From an uncultured Opitutales bacterium (GTDB lineage Bacteria; Verrucomicrobiota; Verrucomicrobiia; Opitutales; Intestinicryptomonadaceae), in assembly GCA_934660865.1 (NCBI GenBank), contig CAKUIA010000001.1, positions 30,001 to 62,000 on the forward strand: a stretch of DNA of 32,000 bases, in the 5' to 3' direction. Position 1 is the stretch's first letter. Every line of letters starts with the position of its first letter. Positions 1 to 9,727 of this stretch are shown in pieces. Position numbers and translations under genes: made by a program. A model generated the notes under the pieces. The model worked only from the letters and a program-made list of their open reading frames with translations, had not been told where the DNA came from and did not search any database.

Positions 1-1
1 A

Positions 2-346
2 TTGCAAAAGAACCATTTTACAAGCATAAACGAGCTTGAAAAAGTCGAATTGGCCGAAGTTAAGCTTGAAACGGGCGGCTCTATTTTGGGCTATTATTTT
101 ACCTTTACCCAAGTTGGCAAAAACAGGCTTTTGGCGGCTACGGCGGCCAACATCGGCGCAATTATAGTGCTTAAAGACAACGACAAGGTTATAGCCTCGC
201 GCAAGATAGACACTACAATTTCCGACGGCATGCTGTTTATGATTCCCGAAGCGGACATAGAAAACAACGAAAAGCTTGCCGAGCAAATGGAACAATGGAG
301 CGAATCCATTAGGAGAATGAGGGTTATAAGAGACAGTTTATGGTAA
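2..346 (+). CDS. hypothetical protein, 5'-truncated by the window edge (last 114 codons)
   Basis: The frame is open from the window edge to TAA at 344-346. The stop overlaps the ATG of the next gene (ATGGTAA, 340-346), which suggests coupling. The segment GKNRLLAATAANIGAIIVLKDNDKVIASRKIDTTISDG loosely recalls the SecD/SecF periplasmic head pattern (weak, from memory). Confidence 0.5.
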   Translation: MQKNHFTSINELEKVELAEVKLETGGSILGYYFTFTQVGKNRLLAATAANIGAIIVLKDNDKVIASRKIDTTISDGMLFMIPEADIENNEKLAEQMEQWSESIRRMRVIRDSLW

Positions 347-1338
347 AATTTGTTTCGGCATTTTTATCGCTATTGGCAATTTCGACGCGTCTGCTATGGG
401 GCGTCGATATTGTTTGGCCTACGCCCTCAACGGAATTCCAAAACGGCGAGCCCATAGAAAAGTTCATTCAGCCGACGGCTTCGGGCATTCCAACCAGCGG
501 GCTTTTCGGCGACGTTCGCAGCAACGGCTACAAATTCCACGAGGGCATAGATATTAAGCCCGTAAGCCGCGGCAAAAAAGGCGCGCCAAAAGACGAAATT
601 TATGCCGCCATAGACGGCAGGGTTGTGCTTGTAAACAAAATTGCGGGCAACAGCGGCTACGGCAAGTATGTGGTGCTTGTGCACGATATGCTCGACGTTC
701 CCGTATACACCCTATACGCCCACCTTTTCAGCATAGACGAATCCATAAGGGTTGGCATGGCCGTAAAGGCGGGGGCTACGCTTGGCATAATGGGGCATAC
801 GGCCTCCTATTCAATTCCCGTAAGCCGCGCGCATTTGCATTTCGAAATCGGAGTACTAATGTCGCAGCATTTCGAATCGTGGTATGCAAAGCAAAACTAC
901 AAGCAAAAGAATTTTTACGGCAACTACAACGGCATAAACCTTACGGGCTTCGACCCCATGTATTTCTTCGAAACGGTAAAAAGCGGCAAGCTTACCTCTA
1001 TGAAGGCGTTGATACAAAAAATCCCCACCGCCTTTGTGCTTAGGCTGTATACCAAACAAACGCCTGACTTTGTGCGCATGTACCCCGAATTGGCCGACGC
1101 AAAAAGCACCGAATACGGCTGGGACATTTACTTTACATGGTTTGGAATGCCCATAAAGTTTTCGCCGATAAAAAACCCGCGCGCCGGCGCACGCGAGGGC
1201 GACTGCGAAATTGTGGAGTACAACCCAAACGAACTTACGCGCAAATGCCGCAGGCACGTTGTTGTAAACAAAAAGGGCCTGCCCGTTCCCACGGCGGAAT
1301 TAAAAAACACGCTGCAAAAGCTGTTCCCAAAAAGGTAA
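340..1338 (+). CDS. M23 (LytM-type) family metallopeptidase with an N-terminal signal/anchor
   Basis: Hydrophobic N-terminus MVKFVSAFLSLLAISTRLLWG. M23 zinc motifs are present: HxxxD in FHEGIDIKP and HxH in AHLHFEIG, with GYGKYVVLVHD between them. The C-terminal roughly 150 aa are unassigned. Confidence 0.85.
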   Translation: MVKFVSAFLSLLAISTRLLWGVDIVWPTPSTEFQNGEPIEKFIQPTASGIPTSGLFGDVRSNGYKFHEGIDIKPVSRGKKGAPKDEIYAAIDGRVVLVNKIAGNSGYGKYVVLVHDMLDVPVYTLYAHLFSIDESIRVGMAVKAGATLGIMGHTASYSIPVSRAHLHFEIGVLMSQHFESWYAKQNYKQKNFYGNYNGINLTGFDPMYFFETVKSGKLTSMKALIQKIPTAFVLRLYTKQTPDFVRMYPELADAKSTEYGWDIYFTWFGMPIKFSPIKNPRAGAREGDCEIVEYNPNELTRKCRRHVVVNKKGLPVPTAELKNTLQKLFPKR

Positions 1339-1366
1339 AAAGCCATTGGGCAAAATTCTAAAAAAT

Positions 1367-1402
1367 AAAATCCGGCCAAAAAATATTTAGGGTCGGATTT
1401 TT
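1367..1402. terminator. bidirectional rho-independent terminator between the convergent M23 peptidase and UDG genes
   Basis: The stem pairs 1367-1377 (aaaatccggcc) with 1391-1401 (ggtcggatttt): 11 bp with one G-U pair and a 13-nt loop. It is T-rich 3' on the plus strand and reads ttttatttttt after the stem on the minus strand. Confidence 0.5.
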
Positions 1403-1440
1403 GCGTTTTATGCAATGTGCAAATCTAAATGCGGAAATTT

Positions 1441-2352
1441 TTACAGGAAATACCCGCGCTGTTTTTCGGAAATCGGTATGCCCAGCTCTTCCATAACAAG
1501 CATCATATCCTCCCAAACGGTGCGCTTTGTTTTGGGTGTTGCATATTGCAATAGATACGACGGGTGGTAGGTAATCATCAACTTTCTGTCCATATAATTA
1601 TGCCACCTGCCGCGAACTGCCCCCAAACTTTTTACATTATTTGCCCCCAATAGCCCAACGGCCGCGGTTTTGCCCAATGCCACAATAACCTTGGGGTTTA
1701 CAATTTCTATTTGCGCCTTTAAAAACGGCAGGCAATAGGCCATTTCAACTTCGTCGGGGGGTCTGTTGCCCGTAAGAGTGGGCAACTCGGGGCGCCAATT
1801 CATTATATTGCCAATGTAAACGTCTTTGCGGTCCAGCCCCATTGCCTTTATTATTTTAGTAAGCAGCTGCCCCGCCCTGCCTACAAAAGGCTCGCCCTGC
1901 GTTTCTTCGTCGGCCCCGGGGGCTTCGCCGCAGAAAAATACGGGAGAATCTATAGACCCAACGCCGAAAACCAGATTTTTGCCCTCGTGCACGTGCTCCA
2001 GGCAAACCTTGTCGTTTAGCACAATGTTTTTCAGGCACTCCCACTTTTCGGCCTTTGTGTTGCCCTTAACTTCGAAAGGCGTAGGCGACGGAATGGGCTT
2101 TATGTTAAAGTCTTTTACTGTTTTCACTTTCACTGGTTTTTCGGTTGAAACGGCTTGGCCCAAATCCACATTCTGCGCAAAATGAACCTCCTCTACATAC
2201 TCGTTTTTTGCGCTTTTGGGGGCTTGCGCCGAATTTTTTGCAATGAGTTTCCTTAAAATTGCCATAGATTCGTCGTCTACCGAAACCGAGTCTACTCCCT
2301 CGCCTTTTAGGCGAAGAAGCTCGGCTTGAACGGTTTTCAGAATCTCAAGCAT
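1441..2352 (-). CDS. uracil-DNA glycosylase, family 4-like, with a roughly 100-aa N-terminal extension
   Basis: Family-4 UDG motifs are present: GEAPGADEE (residues 142-150), PFVGRAGQLL and YHPSYLL. ATG at 2352, only 10 nt downstream of the nuoN stop. Confidence 0.85.
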   Translation of the reverse strand: MLEILKTVQAELLRLKGEGVDSVSVDDESMAILRKLIAKNSAQAPKSAKNEYVEEVHFAQNVDLGQAVSTEKPVKVKTVKDFNIKPIPSPTPFEVKGNTKAEKWECLKNIVLNDKVCLEHVHEGKNLVFGVGSIDSPVFFCGEAPGADEETQGEPFVGRAGQLLTKIIKAMGLDRKDVYIGNIMNWRPELPTLTGNRPPDEVEMAYCLPFLKAQIEIVNPKVIVALGKTAAVGLLGANNVKSLGAVRGRWHNYMDRKLMITYHPSYLLQYATPKTKRTVWEDMMLVMEELGIPISEKQRGYFL

Positions 2353-2362
2353 TTAACGGGGC

Positions 2363-3814
2363 TTAGTAGAAATATATCGAAACAAAGCCGAACACCAAAG
2401 TAGCGCCCGTTAAAACGGTAAGCAACAAGGCCGAACCCTTTGTAAACTTAAAGTTTTGGGCATTGTCGTACGACTTTGCAAAGCCTATTCTCATCCATGC
2501 AAAATAGTAGTAAATGGAAACTACCGAACCGAATATCATAACCGCCACGGGAATGTATAGCCCCGCTCCCCAGGCAACCACAATAATCAAAACCTTGCCG
2601 AAGAACCCTGCCGTTGGCGGTATGCCGGCCAAAGAGGCCAAAGCTACAACCAAAGCCGATGTTGTAATTTTGTCTTTTTTAAACAGGCCGCGGTAGTCCT
2701 CAAAATTCTGAAGCGAGTCTTCCGCGGTGTTCGACATATTTATTATGCCGAAAAGCGAATATGTTGCAAAGGCGTAAGCTACTAAATAAAAGAACATTAC
2801 AACCATTATCATATCGCAGTTTTCGGGCTTTACAACGGCCGCGGCCGCCAAAAGCATAAGGTAGCCTGCATTTGCCACGCCCGAAAGAGCCATAAGCCTT
2901 TTTGTGCGGGTTTGCAAAACCGCGGGAATGTTGCCCGCCAAAATGGTAAGCGAAGCTATAACCGAAACTGCAACAAGCACGTTGTGCGATCCGAAATGCC
3001 CCGCAACGCAAAGCTTTACAACCATAAATATTGCAACCGCTTTCGAGGCAACCGCCAAAAATGCGCTGGTGGGCGCGGGAGCGGCCTGATAAACATCGCC
3101 AACCCAAAACTGGAACGGGAAAGCCGCCAATTTAAAGAGCAACCCCGAAAATACCAAAACGAGCCCCGCGCAAAACAGTTTCGACGAAAGCCCCAGGCGG
3201 ATATTGTCGAAAAACAACAAGTCGCCGCCGTTGAATTTGTTTAGGCTTGCCCCGTATATAAACACAATGCCCAAAAGCAGAATCGCCGAGCTTACACCGC
3301 TTATAATCATATATTTTACGGAGCCGTCTAGGCATGCAACCGACTTCCTGCTCCACGAAACGAGGGCGTACATGCAAATGCTAAAACATTCGAGGGCTAC
3401 AAACAAAAATACAAAATTTTCGGCGCGCGACAAAAGCGAAATTGCGGCCGACGCAATCATCAAAACCGGAACATACTCGCTTTTATGGTTTGTCGGGTTT
3501 TTCGACAAATATCTTACCGCCAAAACGCCCGTTAAAATGGCGCACAAATACGCAAAATACGTAAAGGCTCCGTATGCCGAAATCATGCCGCCAAAAGGCC
3601 TTTCGCCGACTTCGTCGGCAAAGAAAAACGCCAATACAAGCGAAACTATTGTTGCAAGCACCGCCAATATCGAAATTTTTGCGCATCTTTTCTGCGAAAA
3701 TACCGCCGAAACAATAAGCAGCAACGCCGCAAATACCGCCAGCGAAAATTCGGGCAACACCGAAATAAAATCTCCGCAAGAGGGAGCCATATCTTTAAAA
3801 ATGCTTAAATTCAT
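2363..3814 (-). CDS. nuoN: NADH-quinone oxidoreductase subunit N
   Basis: 483-aa polytopic antiporter-like protein in the last position of the nuo cluster, directly after nuoM (4-nt gap). ATG start. Confidence 0.9.
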   Translation of the reverse strand: MNLSIFKDMAPSCGDFISVLPEFSLAVFAALLLIVSAVFSQKRCAKISILAVLATIVSLVLAFFFADEVGERPFGGMISAYGAFTYFAYLCAILTGVLAVRYLSKNPTNHKSEYVPVLMIASAAISLLSRAENFVFLFVALECFSICMYALVSWSRKSVACLDGSVKYMIISGVSSAILLLGIVFIYGASLNKFNGGDLLFFDNIRLGLSSKLFCAGLVLVFSGLLFKLAAFPFQFWVGDVYQAAPAPTSAFLAVASKAVAIFMVVKLCVAGHFGSHNVLVAVSVIASLTILAGNIPAVLQTRTKRLMALSGVANAGYLMLLAAAAVVKPENCDMIMVVMFFYLVAYAFATYSLFGIINMSNTAEDSLQNFEDYRGLFKKDKITTSALVVALASLAGIPPTAGFFGKVLIIVVAWGAGLYIPVAVMIFGSVVSIYYYFAWMRIGFAKSYDNAQNFKFTKGSALLLTVLTGATLVFGFVSIYFY

Positions 3815-3818
3815 AATA

Positions 3819-5309
3819 TTACTTTATGTTTTGTTGAAAAACCGAAGTTTGGGACAAATCCGAGCTTAACAGCGTTGTAACCGATTTCGGGAAAAATCCC
3901 ACAAAAAGCAGGGCCAGCAATAAAACTATGGCGGGCAGCTTTTCGAGGGCGGAAATGTCGGTTATGCCGTTGTATTGCGGTTTTGCGGGGCCAAAGAAAA
4001 CCCTTGCAACGGCCCTTAAGCCGTAGATTGCCGAAATAATCAAACCCAAAGCCGCTATTGCGCAGTAGATTTGGTTGTAGCCGAACAACGCGGCAAATAC
4101 GCCGAGTTCGCCCCAGAAATTTGCAAAGCCTGGCAAGCCTATGCCCGCCAAAACTGCTGCAAGGAAAAACGCGCACAATACGGGCGCTTTTGAAATAAGC
4201 CCGCCCATATCGTCCATATCCGACGTTTTTGCCTTGTTTATTATTATGTTCGAAATGTAGAACAAAAGCGCAATGCTAAGGCCGTGGCCGAAAGCAAACA
4301 ATGCGGCGGCTCCTGCGCCAAGCACGCTTAATGTAGACAACCCAAGCATGCACATACCTATGTGCGAAACGCTCGAATACGAGAACATCATTTTAAGGTC
4401 GCCCTGAGCCATTGTTAAAACGCCAATCAAAACAACGTTGAACAACGCCGCCAAGGCCACATAGCCCATATATTCGTTGGCAGCCCACGGCAACGCGGGA
4501 ATAACCAACTGCAACAGCATGTAAAAGCCGAATTTCTTAAGCACGCCCGCGTGCATCATCGAAAACGCGGTGGGAGCGGCCGTATATCCCTTAAACGCCC
4601 ACGAATGGAACGGGAAAACCGAAATCAAAATTCCGAAACCTACAACGCAAAGCGAGAACACAAGGCCCGAAGCCTCTTTTGCGTTTGCAAGCTGCGCCGT
4701 GCTTGCCGAAATCAAGTCGCCAATATTAAAGCTTTGCGCACCCGAAAACTGGAACAAAGCCACAATGCCAACAAGCGAAATCAACGCGCCCAAAGTAAGG
4801 TATATGGCCATTTGCATTGCCGCGCTGCGGCGCCCTTCGCTACCCCAGTAAACCGTTGCAAGGAAAGTCGGCACCATTGCAAATTCGTGGAATATATATG
4901 CAAAAAGCATGTTCATGCTTGCAAACATTCCAAGCAGGCCGCAAAGAGCCGCCATAATCAAAGCCATATACGACTTATAGTTTTTAACCATGTCGGTTTT
5001 TGTGCCCAAAACCGCCGCAAAACCGACAATCGAGGCCATTGCAAACATAATGCAACTTATGCCGTTAAGCCCGAAAACGGGCAAGGGAAGTTTTTCGGTG
5101 CTAAATTCGTACGAAGTAAACGCAAAGCCCTTTAGCGACTGCGTGTAGTACGCATACCACAATATTGCGGCCGAAACCATTGCATAGCCGCTTGCCAGCA
5201 AAGCAGCGCCTTTTGCCGCGCGCTTGGGCATTGTAGGCCAAAGCAGCATTGCCAACAACGCCAATACGGGAGCTGCAACCGAAGTTGTAAGTAAAATCGA
5301 GTAGTTCAT
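3819..5309 (-). CDS. nuoM: NADH-quinone oxidoreductase subunit M
   Basis: 496-aa polytopic Mrp-antiporter-like protein lying between nuoL and nuoN, 1 nt after the nuoL stop. Confidence 0.9.
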   Translation of the reverse strand: MNYSILLTTSVAAPVLALLAMLLWPTMPKRAAKGAALLASGYAMVSAAILWYAYYTQSLKGFAFTSYEFSTEKLPLPVFGLNGISCIMFAMASIVGFAAVLGTKTDMVKNYKSYMALIMAALCGLLGMFASMNMLFAYIFHEFAMVPTFLATVYWGSEGRRSAAMQMAIYLTLGALISLVGIVALFQFSGAQSFNIGDLISASTAQLANAKEASGLVFSLCVVGFGILISVFPFHSWAFKGYTAAPTAFSMMHAGVLKKFGFYMLLQLVIPALPWAANEYMGYVALAALFNVVLIGVLTMAQGDLKMMFSYSSVSHIGMCMLGLSTLSVLGAGAAALFAFGHGLSIALLFYISNIIINKAKTSDMDDMGGLISKAPVLCAFFLAAVLAGIGLPGFANFWGELGVFAALFGYNQIYCAIAALGLIISAIYGLRAVARVFFGPAKPQYNGITDISALEKLPAIVLLLALLFVGFFPKSVTTLLSSDLSQTSVFQQNIK

Positions 5310-5310
5310 A

Positions 5311-7215
5311 TTAGTAAATCAAAATTCCGAAGATTAATGCAATACCTGCAAGTATCCACCAAATATTGGCACTGCACTGCGCCAAATACAGTTTCTTAAC
5401 GGGATAGGCAATCAGTGCCAAAATTCCCGCACTGCCCCTAACTATAAGGCCCTCTATAAGCAGCAGGTCTAAAATGTTGAGCAATTCGGCAATGCGCTGT
5501 TGCACCTTTGTAATGTAGTAGTCGTAAACAATATCGAAATAGCCGTGCATTTCTATTTGCCTGTACAACCACGGTGTCTTTTCGTAAAGGGTATCTTTGC
5601 CCTTGCCGTATAAAACATACGAAACTGCAAGGCCAACTATTGTGCACACAAGCGTAATCCATTCAAAAGTGTGTACTTGGCTTAGAGATTCAAAAGTTTC
5701 GCGCTGTTGCAAATACGCCTTGCTTATAAAGTCTATGGCGTTTTGAGGCATTAGCGAGAATTTGCCGTAGGCAATGCCATAGGCACCGGCAACCGAGTAT
5801 ACAGCCAAAACCAAAAGCGGCAAAACCATAAATAGCGAACTTTCCCTCGCGTTTTCGGCCTTTTGCGAACGGCTTTTGCCGAAGAACGTAAGCAGACAAA
5901 GCCTGCCCATATATACCGAAGTTAGGCATACGCCCAGGAACGCCAACACAAAGAATGTTAAATTAAACGCGTTTTGCGAATTTAGCACCCTTACATAGAA
6001 TGCGTTTATGATAGTGTCTTTACTGTAGTAGCCCGCAAAGAAAGGAATGGCTATAATCGACAACGTAGCCAAAATTGCGGTTAAACTTGTAAGCGGCATT
6101 CTCTTAAAAAGACCTCCCATCTTAAACATATCCTGCTCGTGGTGGCATGCGTGTATTATGGAACCCGCGCAAAGGAACAACGCCGCCTTAAAGAATGCGT
6201 GCATTGTTAAGTGCAGCATTGCAACGCCGTAGCAGCCCAAGCCTATTGCCATTGCCATAAGCCCCAAGTGCGAAAGCGTAGAATACGCCAAAGTCTTTTT
6301 TATGTCTTTTTGACCCAAAGCCCAAATGCCCGCAAAGAACGCCATAAATGTTGCCAAAACCAAAACGGTGTCCAGCACGGTGTTTGTAAGCATTCCGCAC
6401 AGGCCCAATTTTGCCATCATATATATGCCGGCTGCAACCATTGTTGCCGCGTGTATCAGGGCCGAAACGGGGGTTGGCCCCGCCATGGCGTCGGTAAGCC
6501 AAACCTGCAGGGGGAACTGCGCGCTTTTGCCCAAAAAGCCGCACATTAAAAGCAAACCTATGCCCGTAATTGCCTTGCTTGGGTCGGCCGTTAAAATTTG
6601 GCCAAGGGCGTCGAAACTTGTTGTGCCGAAATTGTACCAACACCAAATTATGCCCAGCAAAAAGCCGAAGTCGCCCACCCTGTTGGCAATAAAGGCCTTT
6701 TTAGACGCTTTCATTGCAACAACCGTGTCGCTGTAGTGGGCAATCAAAGAATACGAGCTAAAGCCTACAAATTCCCAAAATATGAACATCATAAGCAAAT
6801 TGCCCGAAAGCACAATGCCCGTCATCGAGAACATAAAAAAGCTCAATCCCGTAAAGAATCTGCCGCGGGCCTTGTCGTCGTCCATATAGCCCAAGCTGAA
6901 TATGTGGATTAAAAATCCGACAAAGCTTACAACAAACATCATATTCATTGCCGTATCGTTAAAGCAAAACGATATGGGAACGCTGAACGAGCCCAGGCTG
7001 AATATGTCGTATTGGGTTTTTGTAAGGAAAAAGTCTACCGTTTTTGCATTGCATATGGCAAATAGCGAAACAAGCATGCAAAGGAAGGCCGACACGCACG
7101 AAATTGCGGGAGCCGCCCAACGGCCCTTTCTGAAAAACAAGGCGCACACTACCGCCGAAACCAGCGGGCAAAGCAGTATAAACGCCAAACTGTACTGCGG
7201 GTTAAAAATATTCAT
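5311..7215 (-). CDS. nuoL: NADH-quinone oxidoreductase subunit L
   Basis: 634-aa polytopic protein, the largest antiporter-like subunit. It carries WEFVGFSSYSLI (compare the WEGVGLCSYLLIG pattern) and a C-terminal extension typical of NuoL. Its position after nuoK fits. Confidence 0.9.
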   Translation of the reverse strand: MNIFNPQYSLAFILLCPLVSAVVCALFFRKGRWAAPAISCVSAFLCMLVSLFAICNAKTVDFFLTKTQYDIFSLGSFSVPISFCFNDTAMNMMFVVSFVGFLIHIFSLGYMDDDKARGRFFTGLSFFMFSMTGIVLSGNLLMMFIFWEFVGFSSYSLIAHYSDTVVAMKASKKAFIANRVGDFGFLLGIIWCWYNFGTTSFDALGQILTADPSKAITGIGLLLMCGFLGKSAQFPLQVWLTDAMAGPTPVSALIHAATMVAAGIYMMAKLGLCGMLTNTVLDTVLVLATFMAFFAGIWALGQKDIKKTLAYSTLSHLGLMAMAIGLGCYGVAMLHLTMHAFFKAALFLCAGSIIHACHHEQDMFKMGGLFKRMPLTSLTAILATLSIIAIPFFAGYYSKDTIINAFYVRVLNSQNAFNLTFFVLAFLGVCLTSVYMGRLCLLTFFGKSRSQKAENARESSLFMVLPLLVLAVYSVAGAYGIAYGKFSLMPQNAIDFISKAYLQQRETFESLSQVHTFEWITLVCTIVGLAVSYVLYGKGKDTLYEKTPWLYRQIEMHGYFDIVYDYYITKVQQRIAELLNILDLLLIEGLIVRGSAGILALIAYPVKKLYLAQCSANIWWILAGIALIFGILIY

Positions 7216-7220
7216 AAAAG

Positions 7221-7535
7221 CTACTCTCTTTTCGAATTCAGCTCGTCTGTAAAGGGCTGTTGTTTAAGTTTAAATCTTTGTATAATCACGGCAAGGGCAA
7301 CCGCAACTTCGCAGGCACCAACCGCCAAAATCAACAACGCAAAAACCCAGCCGTCGGCATGCGCATATTGCGCCGAAAACGACATGGCCAGCAAGGCCGC
7401 CGCGCACAACATCATTTCTATGCACATAAAAACAACAACAAGGTTCTTTTTAAACATTGCACCGATAAGCCCCGAAGCAAAAAGCATTAAGGCGGGCAAC
7501 ACAAATTGGTTGTATTCCAAAACAGCGTTTTCCAT
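7221..7535 (-). CDS. nuoK: NADH-quinone oxidoreductase subunit K
   Basis: 104-aa protein with three hydrophobic segments. Size and position between nuoJ and nuoL are typical of NuoK. Confidence 0.88.
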   Translation of the reverse strand: MENAVLEYNQFVLPALMLFASGLIGAMFKKNLVVVFMCIEMMLCAAALLAMSFSAQYAHADGWVFALLILAVGACEVAVALAVIIQRFKLKQQPFTDELNSKRE

Positions 7536-7538
7536 AAA

Positions 7539-8048
7539 TTACAGCCCCTCCCTTTTTTGAGAAAGTTTCCTGTCGTCTTTGGCTATTACAATAACGGCCG
7601 TCATTGCCGCCAAAAGCAACACGCCTATAACCTCTACATGCAAGGCGTATTTTGTGAACATCAAAGCCGCCATCTCTTTCGACGCAACAATGCCGGTTGG
7701 CGTTGCGGCGTAAAATTCGGCGGCCTGCGGCGCAAAATAGCCGAACAAGGCGCACGCCAAAAGCCACAATATGGATATTTTAAGCTTTGTAGCAGGTGGT
7801 GTTGTTCTAGAATCGTCGGCGCCCATCATTAAAACGGCAAACAGGAACAATACCATTACAGCCCCCGCATATACCATTATTATAAGCAAAGCCAACAAAT
7901 ACGACTTTTCCAGGAAAGCCAGCCCCGCAAAACCCAGCATGGAGCACAGCATAGACATTGCGGCGTTCACATAGCCGTTTACAAACAAAACGCCCAACGC
8001 GCCGCCTATGCACAGAGCCGAAAAAACGTAAAACAATAGCGATTCCAT
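7539..8048 (-). CDS. nuoJ: NADH-quinone oxidoreductase subunit J
   Basis: 169-aa hydrophobic protein between nuoI and nuoK, 1 nt after the nuoI stop. Confidence 0.85.
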   Translation of the reverse strand: MESLLFYVFSALCIGGALGVLFVNGYVNAAMSMLCSMLGFAGLAFLEKSYLLALLIIMVYAGAVMVLFLFAVLMMGADDSRTTPPATKLKISILWLLACALFGYFAPQAAEFYAATPTGIVASKEMAALMFTKYALHVEVIGVLLLAAMTAVIVIAKDDRKLSQKREGL

Positions 8049-8049
8049 A

Positions 8050-8592
8050 TTAGTGCGCCTCCTTTTCGGCGTTTTCTTTGGCTTTTCTTACCTTTTCCCA
8101 CTTCATTATCGGATCGGGCAAAACGCCGCCCGCTTCGTACAAAGCCGCCTTGTTTCTTACCGCCGAGTTTCTGTCGGGGAAATTCAAAGAATACTCGTTT
8201 TGCAAAACTATTGCGCTTTCGGGGCATACCTCCTGGCACAAGCCGCAAAATATGCAGCGCAGCATGTCTATTTTAAATTCTTTGGGCTGCTTTTGAATAA
8301 AGGCATAGGGGCTGTCGGAGGGAATTTCCGAGGGAGTAACCCTTATGGCTTTGGGCGGGCATACAAATTCGCACATTTGGCACGCCACGCACTTTTGCCT
8401 GCCGTCGGGGTCTTTTACCAAAGTGGGGGCACCCCTGTAGTTTTTCGGCAAAGCCGACCTTTGTTCGGGATACGAAAGCGTTACCTTCTTCCTGAACATA
8501 TTTTTCATTGTTATGATAAGACCGCCTATTGTTTGCGGCAGGTAGGTCCGCTCCCAAAAAGACATCTTTCTTCTGTCAACAATCATAGCCAT
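8050..8592 (-). CDS. nuoI: NADH-quinone oxidoreductase subunit I (2x[4Fe-4S] ferredoxin-type)
   Basis: Two CxxCxxCxxxCP motifs are present: CVACQMCEFVCP and CIFCGLCQEVCP. 180 aa. Confidence 0.92.
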   Translation of the reverse strand: MAMIVDRRKMSFWERTYLPQTIGGLIITMKNMFRKKVTLSYPEQRSALPKNYRGAPTLVKDPDGRQKCVACQMCEFVCPPKAIRVTPSEIPSDSPYAFIQKQPKEFKIDMLRCIFCGLCQEVCPESAIVLQNEYSLNFPDRNSAVRNKAALYEAGGVLPDPIMKWEKVRKAKENAEKEAH

Positions 8593-8596
8593 TTTT

Positions 8597-9727
8597 TTAA
8601 AGTCCCAATAAAATTATGTAAAAAATCAAATTCAACAAGGCCAAGGGCATAAGTTTTGCCCAGCTTAAATTCATAACTTGGTCGTACCTAAAGCGCGGCA
8701 TAGACCACCTTACCCACAGGAAGAAGAAAATCATCGCCGCCATTTTTACAACCATAGTAAGAAGCGAAAGCACCGACGAAATCCAGCCCCAAGATTCGGG
8801 CCATTCCAAACCTGGCAGGGGGTTCCAACCGCCCAAAAACAGCACCGCAAACAATGCCGAACCCAAAGCCATATGCCCGTACTCGCCCACAAAGAACAAA
8901 CCGAACTTAAAGCTGCCGTATTCGGTGTGGTAGCCGCTAACTAGGTCGGTTTCGCTTTCGGCCATATCGAAAGGCAGGCGGTTTGTTTCGGCAAAAAGCG
9001 CCGTAAGGTAAATTGCGGCGGAAACCGGGTGCGTAAGTATAAACCACCAGTTGCCCGATTGGTACAAGCCCAAATCGAAAAGGCTTAGGGGGTTTTTCAC
9101 CGAAGAGGCCGCCGTCATAATAACGGGCAAAACGGCCAAACCGAAAAGCAGTTCGTAGCTAATCATCTGCGAGGCCGCCCTTATTGCGCCCTGCTGCGAA
9201 AACTTGTTGTTAGACGACCACCCCGCCATTATGGGCCCGAAAACGCCAAGCGAACCAAACGCCAGCGCAAATATCAGGCTTGCGTTTACATTCGAAGGCG
9301 AAAGCGGCAACGCCTGCCCGTTTAGCCACAAAATGCCGAAAGGCACAACGCTTGCCACAATAAGCACGGGCGAAAGAGCCATTACGGGGGCTAAAACATA
9401 CCAAAATTTATTGACGTGGCTGGGCAGCGGCTCTTCCTTAAAGAGGAATTTAAGGCCGTCGGCCGCCAGCTGTGTCAAGCCCATTTTGCGCAGGGCGGGC
9501 CCTACAAAGGGGATTGCCTCTACCCAAATAATAAGCGTTCTGTTGGGTCCGTATCTGCCCTGAATAAAGCCTGCAACCTTTCTTTCGGCAACAACGCTAA
9601 GGGCGGCAAAGCCCATAATTAAGCCTATGGCGCAAAAACCGAATACCACCATAAGCACAACTTTTAGCAGAATGTCGGCGCACGACGCCGATACGCACGG
9701 ATTGATTGTTGAAATAATGTTATACAT
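8597..9727 (-). CDS. nuoH: NADH-quinone oxidoreductase subunit H
   Basis: Polytopic 376-aa protein with the N-terminal signature VAERKVAGFIQGRYGPNR. Its ATG at 9727 overlaps the nuoG stop by 8 nt. Confidence 0.92.
   Translation of the reverse strand: MYNIISTINPCVSASCADILLKVVLMVVFGFCAIGLIMGFAALSVVAERKVAGFIQGRYGPNRTLIIWVEAIPFVGPALRKMGLTQLAADGLKFLFKEEPLPSHVNKFWYVLAPVMALSPVLIVASVVPFGILWLNGQALPLSPSNVNASLIFALAFGSLGVFGPIMAGWSSNNKFSQQGAIRAASQMISYELLFGLAVLPVIMTAASSVKNPLSLFDLGLYQSGNWWFILTHPVSAAIYLTALFAETNRLPFDMAESETDLVSGYHTEYGSFKFGLFFVGEYGHMALGSALFAVLFLGGWNPLPGLEWPESWGWISSVLSLLTMVVKMAAMIFFFLWVRWSMPRFRYDQVMNLSWAKLMPLALLNLIFYIILLGL

Noticed and set aside
9720-9727. The nuoG/nuoH 8-nt overlap, considered as a possible frameshift or gene fusion.
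   Set aside because: Both ORFs are full length, nuoH has its own ATG, and the sequence is ATGTATAA. This is an ordinary overlapping stop/start arrangement for translational coupling.
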